Origin: Eledone cirrhosa
Taxonomy: Eukaryota
DNA: 64,000 nt
Assembly (NCBI GenBank): GCA_964016885.1
Contig: OZ024742.1
Span: 360,592,001-360,656,000, forward strand
Direction: 5' to 3'
Numbering within the stretch: the first letter of the stretch is position 1; every line of letters begins with the position of its first letter. The notes under the pieces were generated by a model. The model saw only the letters and a program-made list of their open reading frames with translations. It ran no database searches and had not been told where the DNA came from. This document shows positions 14,271-26,900 of the stretch, one piece after another. The translations under genes and the position numbers were made by a program.

Positions 14271-17200
14271 TAAAAGAGAAAGTTCTAGAGAGAGGGGGAA
14301 GAAGAGATAGTTCTAGAGAGAGGGGGAAAAGAGATAGTTCTAGAGAGAGGGGGAATAAGAGATAGTTCTAGAGAGAGGGGAAGAAGAGATAGTTCTAGAG
14401 AGAGGGGTGAAGAAGAGATAGTTCTAGAGAGAGGGGGGAAGAAGTGATAGTTCTAGAAAGGGGGGTAGAAGAGATAGTTCTAGAGAGAGGGGGAAGAAGA
14501 GATAGTTCTAGAGAGAGTGGGGAAGAAGAGATAGTTCTATTGAGTGAGGGAAGAAGAGAGTGTTCTAGAGAAAGAGGGAAGAGATAGTTCTAGAGAGAGG
14601 GGGAAGAAGAGATAGTTTTAGAGAGCGGGGGAAGAAGAGATAATTCTAGAGAGAGGGGGAAGAAGAGATAGTTCTAGAGAGAGGGGGAAAAGAGTTAGTT
14701 CTAGAGAGAGGGGGGAAGTAGATAAAGTTCTGGAGAGAGGGGGAAGAAGAGATAGTTCTAGAGAGAGGGGGAAGAAGAGATAATTCTAGAGAGAGGGGGA
14801 AGAAGAGATAGTTCTAGAGAGAGGGGGAAGAAGAGATAGTTCTAGAGAGAGGGGGGGGGGGAGAAGAGATAGTTCTAGAGAGAAAGGTAGGGAGAAGAGA
14901 TAGTTATATATAAAGGGGGGAGAAGAGATAGTTCTAGAGAGAGGGGGAAAGAAGAGATAGTTCTAGAGAAAGGGGGATGAAGAGATAGTTCTAGTGAGAG
15001 GGAGGGAAGGGAGAGTTTGTTCTAGAGAGGGGGGAAGAAGAGTAGATCGAGAGAGGGGGAAGAAACTATAGTTCTACAGAGAGGGGGAAGATGAGATAGG
15101 TCTAGAGAGGGGGGAAGAAGAGACAGTTCTAGAGAGAGGGGGAAGAAGAGATAGTTCTAGAGACAGGGGGAAGAAGCGATATTTCTAGCGAGAGGGGGGA
15201 GAAGAGATAGTTCTATAGAGAGGGGAGTGAGAGATAATTCTAGAGAGAGGGGGAAGAACAGATAGTTCTATAGAGAGGGGGAAGAAGAGATAGTTCTAGA
15301 GAGAGGGGAAAGAAGAGATAGTTGTAGAGAAAGAGGGAAGAAGAGATAGTTCTAGAGAGAGGGGTAAAAGAGATAGTTCTAGAGAGAGGGGGGAAGTAGA
15401 TATAGTTCTAGAGAGAGGGGGAAGTAGAGATAATTCTAGAGAGAGGGGGTAAGTAGATATAGTTCCAGATAGAGAGGGGGAAAAGAAATAGTTCTAGAGA
15501 GAGGGGGGAAGAAGAGATAGTTCTAGAGAGAGGGGGAAGAAGAGATAGTTCTAGAGAGAGGGGGATGTAGATATAGCTCCAGAGAGAGAGGGTAAAAGAG
15601 ATAGTTCTAGAGAGAGGGGGAAGAAGAGATAGTTCTAGAGAGAGGAGGAAAAGAGATAGTTCTAGAGAGAGGGGGAAGAAGAGATAGTTCTAGAGAGAGG
15701 GGAAGAAGAGATAGTTCTATAGAGGGGGGTAAGAAGAGATAGTTCTAGCGAGAGGGGTAAAAGAGATAGTTCTAGAGAGAGGGGGGAAGTAGATAAAGTT
15801 CTGGAGAGAGGGGGAAGAAGTGATAGTTCTAGAGAGAGGGGGAAGAAGAGATAGTTCTAGAGAGAGGTGGAAGAAGAGATGGTTCTAGAGAGAGGGGTAA
15901 AAGTGATAGTTCTAGAGAGAGGGGGAAGTAGATATAGTTCTAGGAAGGGGGGAAGAAGAGATAGTTCTAGAGAGAGGGGGAAGAAGAGATAATTCTAGAG
16001 AGAGGGGGAAGAAGAGATAGTTCTAGAGAGGGGGGGGGGAAGAAGAGATAGTTCTAGAGAGAGGGGGAAAAGAGATAGTTCTAGAGAGGCGGGGAAGAAG
16101 TGATAGTTCTAGAGAGAGGGGAAGAAGAGATAGTTCTAGAGAGAGGGCGAAGAAGAGATAGTTCTAGAGAGAGGGGTAAAAGTGATAGTTCTAGAGAGAG
16201 GGGGGAAGTAGATATAGTTCTAAGAAGGGGGGGGGGAAGAAGAGATAGTTCTAGAGAGAGGGGGAAGAAGAGATAATTCTAGAGAGAGGGGGAACAAGAG
16301 ATAGTTCTAGAGAGAGGGGAACAAGAGATAGTTCTAGAGAGAGAGGGGAAGTATATATAGTTCCAGAGAGAGAGGGGGAAAAGAAATAGTTCTAAAGAGA
16401 GGGGGGAAGAAGAGATAGTTGTAGAGAGAGGGGGAAGAAGAGATAGTTCTAGAGAGAGGGGGGAAGAAGAGATAGTTCTAGAGAGAAGAAGAGATAGTTC
16501 TAGAGAGAGAGGTGAAGAAGAGATAGTTCTAGAGAGGTGGGTAGAAGAGATAGTTCTAGAGAGAGAGGGAAGAAGAGATAGTTCTAGAGAGATGGGGGAT
16601 GTAGATATAGTTCCAGAGAGAGAGGGTAAAAGAGATAATTCTAGAGAGAGGGGGAAGAAGAGATAGTTCTAGAGAGGGGGGGAACAAGAGATAGTTCTAG
16701 AGAGAGAGGGGAAGTAGATATAGTTCCAGAGAGAGAGGGTGAAAAGAAATAGTTCTAGAGAGAGGGGGGAAGAAGAGATAGTTCTAGAGAGAGAGGGAAG
16801 AAGAGATAGTTCTAGAGAGAGGGGTGAAGAAGAGATAGTTCTAGAGAGAGGGGAGAAGAAGTGATAGTTCTAGAGATGGGGGGTAGAAGAGATAGTTCTA
16901 GAGAGAGGGGGAAGAAGAGATAGTTCTAGAGAGAGGGGGGAAGAAGAGATAGTTCTATTGAGTGAGGGAAGAAGAGAGTGTTCTAGAGAAAGAGGGAAGA
17001 GATAGTTCTAGAGAGAGGGGGAAGAAGAGATAGTTCTAGAGAGCGGGGGAAGAAGAGATAATTCTAGAGAGAGGGGGTAAGAAGAGATAGTTCTAGAGAG
17101 AGAGGGAAGAAGATATAGTTCTAGAGTGAAAGAGAGAAGAAGAGATAGTTCTAGAGAGAGGGGGGATGTAGATATAGTTCCAGAAAGAGAGAGTAAAAGA

Positions 17201-20200
17201 GATAATTCTAGAGAGAGGGGGAAAATAGATAGTTCTAGAGAGAGGGGGAAGAAGAGATAGTTCTAGAGAGAGGGGGAAAAGAGTTAGTTCTAGAGAGAGG
17301 GGGAAGAAGAGATAGTTCTAGAGAGAAGGGGAAGAAGAGATAGTTCTAGGGAGAGGGGGAAGAAGAGATAGATCTAGAGAGAGGGGGAAGAAGAGATAGT
17401 TCTAGAGAGAGGGTGAGAAGAAGAGATAGTTCTAGAGAGGGGGGAATAAGAGATAGTTCTATAGAGGGGGGGTAAGAAGAGATAGTTCTAGTGAGAGGGG
17501 TAAAAGAGATAGTTCTAGAGAGAGGGGGGAAGTAGATAAAGTTCTAGAGAGAGGGAGAAGAAGAGATAGTTCTAGAGAGAGGGGGAAGAAGAGATAATTC
17601 TAGAGAGAGGGGGAAGAAGAGATAGTTCTAGAGAGAGGGGGAAGAAGAGATCGTTCTAGAGAGAGGGGGGAAAAAAAGATAGTTCTAGAGAGAAAGGTAG
17701 GGAGAAGAGATAGTTATATATAGAGGGGAAGAAGAGATAGTTTTAGAGAGAGGGGGAAAGAAGAGATAGTTCTAGAGAGAGGGGGAAGAAGAGATAGTTT
17801 TAGAGAGAGGGGGAAAGAAGAGATAGTTCTAGAGAGAGGGGGATGAAGAGATAGTTCTAGTGAGAGGGAGGGAAGGGGGAGTTTGTTCTAGAGAGGGGGG
17901 AAGAAGAGTAGATCGAGAGAGGGGGAAGAAACTATAGTTCTACAGAGAGGGGGAAGATGAGATAGGTCTAGAGTGGGGGGAAGAAGAGACAGTTCTAGAG
18001 AGAGGGGGAAGAAGAGATAGTTCTAGAGACAGGGGGAAGAAGCGATATTTCTAGCGAGAGGGGGGAGAAGAGATAGTTCTATAGAGAGGGGAGTGAGAGA
18101 TAATTCTAGAGAGAGGGGGAAGAACAGATAGTTCTATAGAGAGGGGGAAGAAGAGATAGTTCTAGAGAGAGGGGAAAGAAGAGATAGTTGTAGAGAAAGA
18201 GGGAAGAAGAGATAGTTCTAGAGAGAGGGGGAAGAAGAGATAGTTCTAGAGAGAGGGGTAAAAGTGATAGTTCTAGAGAGAGAGGGAAGTAGATATAGTT
18301 CTAAGAAGGGGGGAAGAAGAGATAGTTCTAGAGAGAGGGGGAAGAAGAGATAATTCTAGAGAGAGGGGGAAGAAGAGATAGTTCTAGAGAGAGGGGAACA
18401 AGAGATAGTTCTAGAGAGAGAGGGGAAGTAGATAGTTCTAGAGAGTGGGGGGAAGAAGAGATAGTTCTAGAGAGAGGGGGGGGAATAAGAGATAGTTCTA
18501 GAGAGAGGGGGAAAAGATATAGTTCTAGAGGGAGGGGTAAAAGAGATAGTTCTAGAGAGAGGGGGGAAGTAGATATAGTTCTAGAGAGAGGGGGAAGAAA
18601 AGATAATTCTAGAGAGAGGGGGGAAGTAGATATAGTTCCAGATAAAGTGGGGGAAAAGAAATAGTTCTAGAGAGAGGGGGGAAGAAGAGATAGTTGTAGA
18701 GAGACGTGTGAAGAAGAGATAGTTCTAGAGAGAGGGGGAAAGAAGAGATAGTTCTAGAGAGATGAAGAGATAGTTCTAGAGAGAGGGGTGAAGAAGAGAT
18801 AGTTCTAGAGAGGAGGGTAGAAGAGATCGTTCTAGAGAGAGGGGGAAGAAGAGATAGTTCCAGAGAGAGGAGAGGGAGAAGAGATAGTTCTATTGAGTGG
18901 GGGAAGAAGAGAGTGTTCTAGAAAAAGAGGGAAGAGATAGTTCTACAGAGAGGGGGCAGAAGAGATAGTACTAGAGAGATGGGGGTGGGGAAGAAGAGAT
19001 AGTTCTAGAGAGAGGGGGAAGAAGAGATAGTTCTAGAGAGAGGGGGGAAGAAGAGATAGTTATAGAGAGAGGGGAGAAGAAGAGATAGTTCTAGATGGAA
19101 CGGGAAGGAAACATAGTTCTAGAGGGAGGGGGAGGGAGTAGAGATAGTTCTAGAGAGAGGAGGAACAAGAGATAGTTCTAGAGAGAAAGAGAGAAGAAGA
19201 GATAGTTCTAGAGAGAGGGGGGATGTAGATATAGTTGCAGAGAGAGAGGGTAAAAGAGATAATTCTAGAGAGAGGGGGAAGAAGAGATAGTTCTAGAGAG
19301 GGGGGGAACAAGAGATAGTTCTAGAGAGAGAGGGGAAGTAGATATAGTTCCAGAGAGAGAGGGGGAAAAGAAATAGTTCTAGAGAGAGGGGGGAAGAAGA
19401 GATAGTTCTAGAGAGAGAGGGAAGAAGAGATAGTTCTAGAGAGAGGGGTGAAGAAGAGATAGTTCTAGAGAGAGGGGAGAAGAAGTGATAGTTCTAGAGA
19501 TGGGGGGTAGAAGAGATAGTTCTAGAGAGAGGGGGAAGAAGAGATAGTTCTAGAGAGAGGGGGGAAGAAGAGATAGTTCTATTGAGTGAGGGAAGAAGAG
19601 AGTGTTCTAGAGAAAGAGGGAAGAGATAGTTCTAGAGAGAGGGGGAAGAAGAGATAGTTCTAGAGAGCGGGGGAAGAAGAGATAATTCTAGAGAGAGGGG
19701 GTAAGAAGAGATAGTTCTAGAGAGAGGGGGAAAAGAGTTAGTTCTAGAGAGAGGGGGAAGAAGAGATAGTTCTAGAGAGAGGGCGAAGAAAAGATAGTTC
19801 TAGAGAGAGGGGGGAAGAAGTGATAGTTCTAGAGAGGGGCGTAGAAGAGATAGTTCTAGAGAGAGGGGAAAGAAGAGATAGTTCTAGAGAGAGTGGGGAA
19901 GAAGAGATAGTTCTATTGAGTGAGGGAAGAAGAGAGTGTTCTAGAGAAAGAGGGAAGAGATAGTTCTAGAGAGCGGGGGGAAGTAGATAAAGTTCTAGAG
20001 AGAGGGGGAAGAAGAGATAGTTCTAGAGAGAGGGGGAAGAAGAGATAGTTCTAGAGAGCGGGGGAAGAAGAGATAATTCTATAGAGAGGGGGAAGAAGAG
20101 ATAGTTCTAGAGAGAGGGGGAAAAGAGTTAGTTCTAGAGAGAGGGGGAAGAAGAGATAGTTCTAGAGAGAGGGGGAAGAAGAGATAGTTCTAGAGAGAGG

Positions 20201-23200
20201 GGGAAGAAAAGATAGTTCTAGAGAGAGGGGGAAGAAGAGATAGTTCTAGAGAGAGGGGGGAGAATAGATAGTTCTAAAGAGAGGGGGAGAAGAAGAGATA
20301 GTTCTAGAGAGAGGGGAATAAGAGATAGTTCTATAGAGGGGGGTAAGAAGAGATAGTTCTAGCGAGAGGGGTAAAAGAGATAGTTCTAGAGAGAGGGGGG
20401 AAGTAGATAAAGTTCTGGAGAGAGGGGGAAGAAGAGATAGTTCTAGAGAGAGGGGGAAGAAGAGATAATTCTAGAGAGAGGGGGAAGAAGAGATAGTTCT
20501 AGAGAGAGGGGGAAGAAGAGATAGTTCTAGAGAGAGGGGGGGAAGAAGAGATAGTTCTAGAGAGAGGGGGAAAGAAGAGATAGTTCTAGAGAAAGGGGGA
20601 TGAAGAGATAGTTCTAGTGAGAGGGAGGGAAGGGAGAGTTTGTTCTAGAGAGGGGGGAAGAAGAGTAGATCGAGAGAGGGGGAAGAAACTATAGTTCTAC
20701 AGAGAGGGGGAAGATGAGATAGGTCTAGAGAGGGGGGAAGAAGAGACAGTTCTAGAGAGAGGGGGAAGAAGAGATAGTTCTAGAGACAGGGGGAAGAAGC
20801 GATATTTCTAGCGAGAGGGGGGAGAAGAGATAGTTCTATAGAGAGGGGAGTGAGAGATAATTCTAGAGAGAGGGGGAAGAACAGATAGTTCTATAGAGAG
20901 GGGGAAGAAGAGATAGTTCTAGAGAGAGGGGAAAGAAGAGATAGTTGTAGAGAAAGAGGGAAGAAGAGATAGTTCTAGAGAGAGGGGTAAAAGAGATAGT
21001 TCTAGAGAGAGGGGGGAAGTAGATATAGTTCTAGAGAGAGGGGGAAGTAGAGATAATTCTAGAGAGAGGGGGTAAGTAGATATAGTTCCAGATAGAGAGG
21101 GGGAAAAGAAATAGTTCTAGAGAGAGGGGGGAAGAAGAGATAGTTCTAGAGAGAGGGGGAAGAAGAGATAGTTCTAGAGAGAGGGGGATGTAGATATAGC
21201 TCCAGAGAGAGAGGGTAAAAGAGATAGTTCTAGAGAGAGGGGGAAGAAGAGATAGTTCTAGAGAGAGGGGGAAAAGAGATAGTTCTAGAGAGAGGGGGAA
21301 GAAGAGATAGTTCTAGAGAGAGGGGAAGAAGAGATAGTTCTAGAGAGAGGGGTGAAGAAGAGATAGTTCTAGAGAGAGGGGGGAAGAAGTGATAGTTCTA
21401 GAAAGGGGGGTAGAAGAGATAGTTCTAGAGAGAGGGGGAAGAAGAGATAGTTCTAGAGAGAGTGGGGAAGAAGAGATAGTTCTATTGAGTGAGGGAAGAA
21501 GAGAGTGTTCTAGAGAAAGAGGGAAGAGATAGTTCTAGAGAGAGGGGGAAGAAGAGATAGTTTTAGAGAGCGGGGGAAGAAGAGATAATTCTAGAGAGAG
21601 GGGGAAGAAGAGATAGTTCTAGAGAGAGGGGGAAAAGAGTTAGTTCTAGAGAGAGGGGGGAAGTAGATAAAGTTCTGGAGAGAGGGGGAAGAAGAGATAG
21701 TTCTAGAGAGAGGGGGAAGAAGAGATAATTCTAGGGAGAGGGGGAAGAAGAGATAGTTCTAGAGAGAGGGGGAAGAAGAGATAGTTCTAGAGAGAGGGGG
21801 GGGGAGAAGAGATAGTTCTAGAGAGAAAGGTAGGGAGAAGAGATAGTTATATATAAAGGGGGGAGAAGAGATAGTTCTAGAGAGAGGGGAAAAGAAGAGA
21901 TAGTTCTAGAGAAAGGGGGATGAAGAGATAGTTCTAGTGAGAGGGAGGGAAGGGAGAGTTTGTTCTAGAGAGGGGGGAAGAAGAGTAGATCGAGAGAGGG
22001 GGAAGAAACTATAGTTCTACAGAGAGGGGGAAGATGAGATAGGTCTAGAGAGGGGGGAAGAAGAGACAGTTCTAGAGAGAGGGGGAAGAAGAGATAGTTC
22101 TAGAGACAGGGGGAAGAAGCGATATTTCTAGCGAGAGGGGGGAGAAGAGATAGTTCTATAGAGAGGGGAGTGAGAGATAATTCTAGAGAGAGGGGGAAGA
22201 ACAGATAGTTCTATAGAGAGGGGGAAGAAGAGATAGTTCTAGAGAGAGGGGAAAGAAGAGATAGTTGTAGAGAAAGAGGGAAGAAGAGATAGTTCTAGAG
22301 AGAGGGGTAAAAGAGATAGTTCTAGAGAGAGGGGGGAAGTAGATATAGTTCTAGAGAGAGGGGGAAGTAGAGATAATTCTAGAGAGAGGGGGTAAGTAGA
22401 TATAGTTCCAGATAGAGAGGGGGAAAAGAAATAGTTCTAGAGAGAGGGGGGAAGAAGAGATAGTTCTAGAGAGAGGGGGAAGAAGAGATAGTTCTAGAGA
22501 GAGGGGGATGTAGATATAGCTCCAGAGAGAGAGGGTAAAAGAGATAGTTCTAGAGAGAGGGGGAAGAAGAGATAGTTCTAGAGAGAGGAGGAAAAGAGAT
22601 AGTTCTAGAGAGAGGGGGAAGAAGAGATAGTTCTAGAGAGAGGGGAAGAAGAGATAGTTCTATAGAGGGGGGTAAGAAGAGATAGTTCTAGCGAGAGGGG
22701 TAAAAGAGATAGTTCTAGAGAGAGGGGGGAAGTAGATAAAGTTCTGGAGAGAGGGGGAAGAAGAGATAGTTCTAGAGAGAGGGGGAAGAAGAGATAATTC
22801 TAGAGAGAGGGGGAAGAAGATATAGTTCTAGAGAGAGGGGGAAGTAGATATAGTTCTAGAGAGAGGGGGAAGAAGAGATAATTCTAGAGAGAGGGGGTAA
22901 GTAGATATAGTTCCAGATGGAGAGGGGGAAAAGAAATAGTTCTAGAGAGAGGGGGGAAGAAGAGATAGTTCTAGAGAGAGGGGGAAGAAGAGATAGTTCT
23001 AGAGAGAGGGGGATGTAGATATAGCTCCAGAGAGAGAGGGTAAAAGAGATAGTTCTAGAGAGAGGGGGAAGAAGAGATAGTTCTAGAGAGAGGGGGAAAA
23101 GAGATAGTTCTAGAGAGAGGGGGAAGAAGAGATAGTTCTAGAGAGAGGAGGAGAAGAGATAGTTCTAGAGAGAGGGGGAGGAGAAGAGATAGTTCTAGAG

Positions 23201-26200
23201 AGAGGGGAATAAGAGATAGTTCTAGAGAGAGGGGGAAAAGAGATAGTTCTAGAGAGAGGGGGAAGAAGTGATAGTTCTAGAGAGAGGGGGAAGAAGAGAT
23301 AGTTCTAGAGAGAGGTGGAAGAAGAGATGGTTCTAGAGAGAGGGGTAAAAGTGATAGTTCTAGAGAGAGGGGGAAGTAGATATAGTTCTAGGAAGGGGGG
23401 AAGAAGAGATAGTTCTAGAGAGAGGGGGAAGAAGAGATAATTCTAGAGAGAGGGGGAAGAAGAGATAGTTCTAGAGAGGGGGGGGGGGGGGAGAAGAGAT
23501 AGTTCTAGAGAGAGGGGGAAAAGAGATAGTTCTAGAGAGGCGGGGAAGAAGTGATAGTTCTAGAGAGAGGGGAAGAAGAGATAGTTCTAGAGAGAGGGCG
23601 AAGAAGAGATAGTTCTAGAGAGAGGGGTAAAAGTGATAGTTCTAGAGAGAGGGGGGAAGTAGATATAGTTCTAAGAAGGGGGGGGAAGAACAGATAGTTC
23701 TAGAGAGAGGGGGAAGAAGAGATAATTCTACAGAGAGGGGGAACAAGAGATAGTTCTAGAGAGAGGGGAACAAGAGATAGTTCTAGAGAGAGAGGGGAAG
23801 TAGATATAGTTCCAGAGAGAGAGGGGGAAAAGAAATAGTTCTAGAGAGAGGGGGGAAGAAGAGATAGTTGTAGAGAGAGGGGGAAGAAGAGATAGTTCTA
23901 GAGAGAGGGGTGAAGAAGAGATAGTTCTAGAGAGAAGAAGAGATAGTTCTAGAGAGAGAGGTGAAGAAGAGATAGTTCTAGAGAGGTGGGTAGAAGAGAT
24001 AGTTCTAGAGAGAGAGGGAAGAAGAGATAGTTCTAGAGAGAGGGGGGAAGAAGAGATAGTTCTATTGAGTAAGGGAAGAAGAGAGTGTTCTAGAGAAAGA
24101 GGGAAGAGATAGTTCTACAGAGAGGGGGAAGAAGAGATAGTACTAGAGAGATGGGGGTGGGGAAGAAGAGATAGTTCTAGAGAGAGGGGGAAGAAGATAT
24201 AGTTCTAGAGAGAGGGGGGCGGAGAAGATATAGTTCTAGAGAGAAGGGTGTAGAAGAGACAGTTCTAGAGAGAGGGGGGAAGAAGAGATAGTTCTAGAGA
24301 GAGGGGGAAGAAGAGATAGTTCTAGAGAGAGGGGGGAAGAAGAGATAGTTATAGAGAGAGGGGAGAAGAAGAGATAGTTCTAGATGGAACGGGAAGGAAA
24401 CATAGTTCTAGAGGGAGGGGGAGGGAGTAGAGATAGTTCTAGAGAGAGGAGGAACAAGAGATAGTTCTAGAGAGAAAGAGAGAAGAAGAGATAGTTCTAG
24501 AGAGATGGGGGATGTAGATATAGTTCCAGAGAGAGAGGGTAAAAGAGATAATTCTAGAGAGAGGGGGAAGAAGAGATAGTTCTAGAGAGGGGGGGAACAA
24601 GAGATAGTTCTAGAGAGAGAGGGGAAGTAGATATAGTTCCAGAGAGAGAGGGGGAAAAGAAATAGTTCTAGAGAGAGGGGGGAAGAAGAGATAGTTCTAG
24701 AGAGAGAGGGAAGAAGAGATAGTTCTAGAGAGAGGGGTGAAGAAGAGATAGTTCTAGAGAGAGGGGAGAAGAAGTGATAGTTCTAGAGATGGGGGGTAGA
24801 AGAGATAGTTCTAGAGAGAGGGGGAAGAAGAGATAGTTCTAGAGAGAGGGGGGAAGAAGAGATAGTTCTATTGAGTGAGGGAAGAAGAGAGTGTTCTAGA
24901 GAAAGAGGGAAGAGATAGTTCTAGAGAGAGGGGGAAGAAGAGATAGTTCTAGAGAGCGGGGGAAGAAGAGATAATTCTAGAGAGAGGGGGTAAGAAGAGA
25001 TAGTTCTAGAGAGAGAGGGAAGAAGATATAGTTCTAGAGTGAAAGAGAGAAGAAGAGATAGTTCTAGAGAGAGGGGGGATGTAGATATAGTTCCAGAAAG
25101 AGAGAGTAAAAGAGATAATTCTAGAGAGAGGGGGAAAATAGATAGTTCTAGAGAGAGGGGGAAGAAGAGATAGTTCTAGAGAGAGGGGGAAAAGAGTTAG
25201 TTCTAGAGAGAGGGGGAAGAAGAGATAGTTCTAGAGAGAAGGGGAAGAAGAGATAGTTCTAGGGAGAGGGTGAGAAGAAGAGATAGTTCTAGAGAGGGGG
25301 GAATAAGAGATAGTTCTATAGAGGGGGGGTAAGAAGAGATAGTTCTAGTGAGAGGGGTAAAAGAGATAGTTCTAGAGAGAGGGGGGAAGTAGATAAAGTT
25401 CTAGAGAGAGGGGGAAGAAGAGATAGTTCTAGAGAGAGGGGGAAGAAGAGATAATTCTAGAGAGAGGGGGAAGAAGAGATAGTTCTAGAGAGAGGGGGAA
25501 GAAGAGATCGTTCTAGAGAGAGGGGGGAAAAAAAGATAGTTCTAGAGAGAAAGGTAGGGAGAAGAGATAGTTATATATAGAGGGGAAGAAGAGATAGTTT
25601 TAGAGAGAGGGGGAAAGAAGAGATAGTTCTAGAGAGAGGGGGAAGAAGAGATAGTTTTAGAGAGAGGGGGAAAGAAGAGATAGTTCTAGAGAGAGGGGGA
25701 TGAAGAGATAGTTCCAGTGAGAGGGAGGGAAGGGGGAGTTTGTTCTAGAGAGGGGGGAAGAAGAGTAGATCGAGAGAGGGGGAAGAAACTATAGTTCTAC
25801 AGAGAGGGGGAAGATGAGATAGGTCTAGAGAGGGGGGAAGAAGAGACAGTTCTAGAGAGAGGGGGAAGAAGAGATAGTTCTAGAGACAGGGGGAAGAAGC
25901 GATATTTCTAGCGAGAGGGGGGAGAAGAGATAGTTCTATAGAGAGGGGAGTGAGAGATAATTCTAGAGAGAGGGGGAAGAACAGATAGTTCTATAGAGAG
26001 GGGGAAGAAGAGATAGTTCTAGAGAGAGGGGAAAGAAGAGATAGTTGTAGAGAAAGAGGGAAGAAGAGATAGATCTAGAGAGAGGGGGAAGAAGAGATAG
26101 TTCTAGAGAGAGGGGTAAAAGTGATAGTTCTAGAGAGAGAGGGAAGTAGATATAGTTCTAAGAAGGGGGGAAGAAGAGATAGTTCTAGAGAGAGGGGGAA

Positions 26201-26900
26201 GAAGAGATAATTCTAGAGAGAGGGGGAAGAAGAGATAGTTCTAGAGAGAGGGGAACAAGAGATAGTTCTAGAGAGAGAGGGGAAGTAGATAGTTCTAGAG
26301 AGTGGGGGGAAGAAGAGATAGTTCTAGAGAGAGGGGGGGAATAAGAGATAGTTCTAGAGAGAGGGGGAAAAGATATAGTTCTAGAGGGAGGGGTAAAAGA
26401 GATAGTTCTAGAGAGAGGGGGGAAGTAGATATAGTTCTAGAGAGAGGGGGAAGAAAAGATAATTCTAGAGAGAGGGGGGAAGTAGATATAGTTCCAGATA
26501 AAGTGGGGGAAAAGAAATAGTTCTAGAGAGAGGGGGGAAGAAGAGATAGTTGTAGAGAGACGTGTGAAGAAGAGATAGTTCTAGAGAGAGGGGGAAGAAG
26601 AGATAGTTCTAGAGAGACGGGTGAAGAAGAGATAGTTCTAGAGAGAGGGGGAAAGAAGAGATAGTTCTAGAGAGATGAAGAGATAGTTCTAGAGAGAGGG
26701 GTGAAGAAGAGATAGTTCTAGAGAGGAGGGTAGAAGAGATCGTTCTAGAGAGAGGGGGAAGAAGAGATAGTTCCAGAGAGAGGAGAGGGAGAAGAGATAG
26801 TTCTATTGAGTGGGGGAAGAAGAGAGTGTTCTAGAAAAAGAGGGAAGAGATAGTTCTACAGAGAGGGGGAAGAAGAGATAGTACTAGAGAGATGGGGGTG
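13200..26900 (+). repeat. Large segmental duplication inside the array (about 13.2-18.9 kb vs 20.1-26.9 kb; offset ~6.94 kb rising to ~7.86 kb); boundaries approximate
   Basis: GATCG markers 13724/15045 pair with 20668/21988 (offset 6943-6944) and 17911 pairs with 25768 (7857). Private GAGGTGGAAGAAGAGATGGTTC is at ~15864 and ~23312. Confidence 0.75.
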
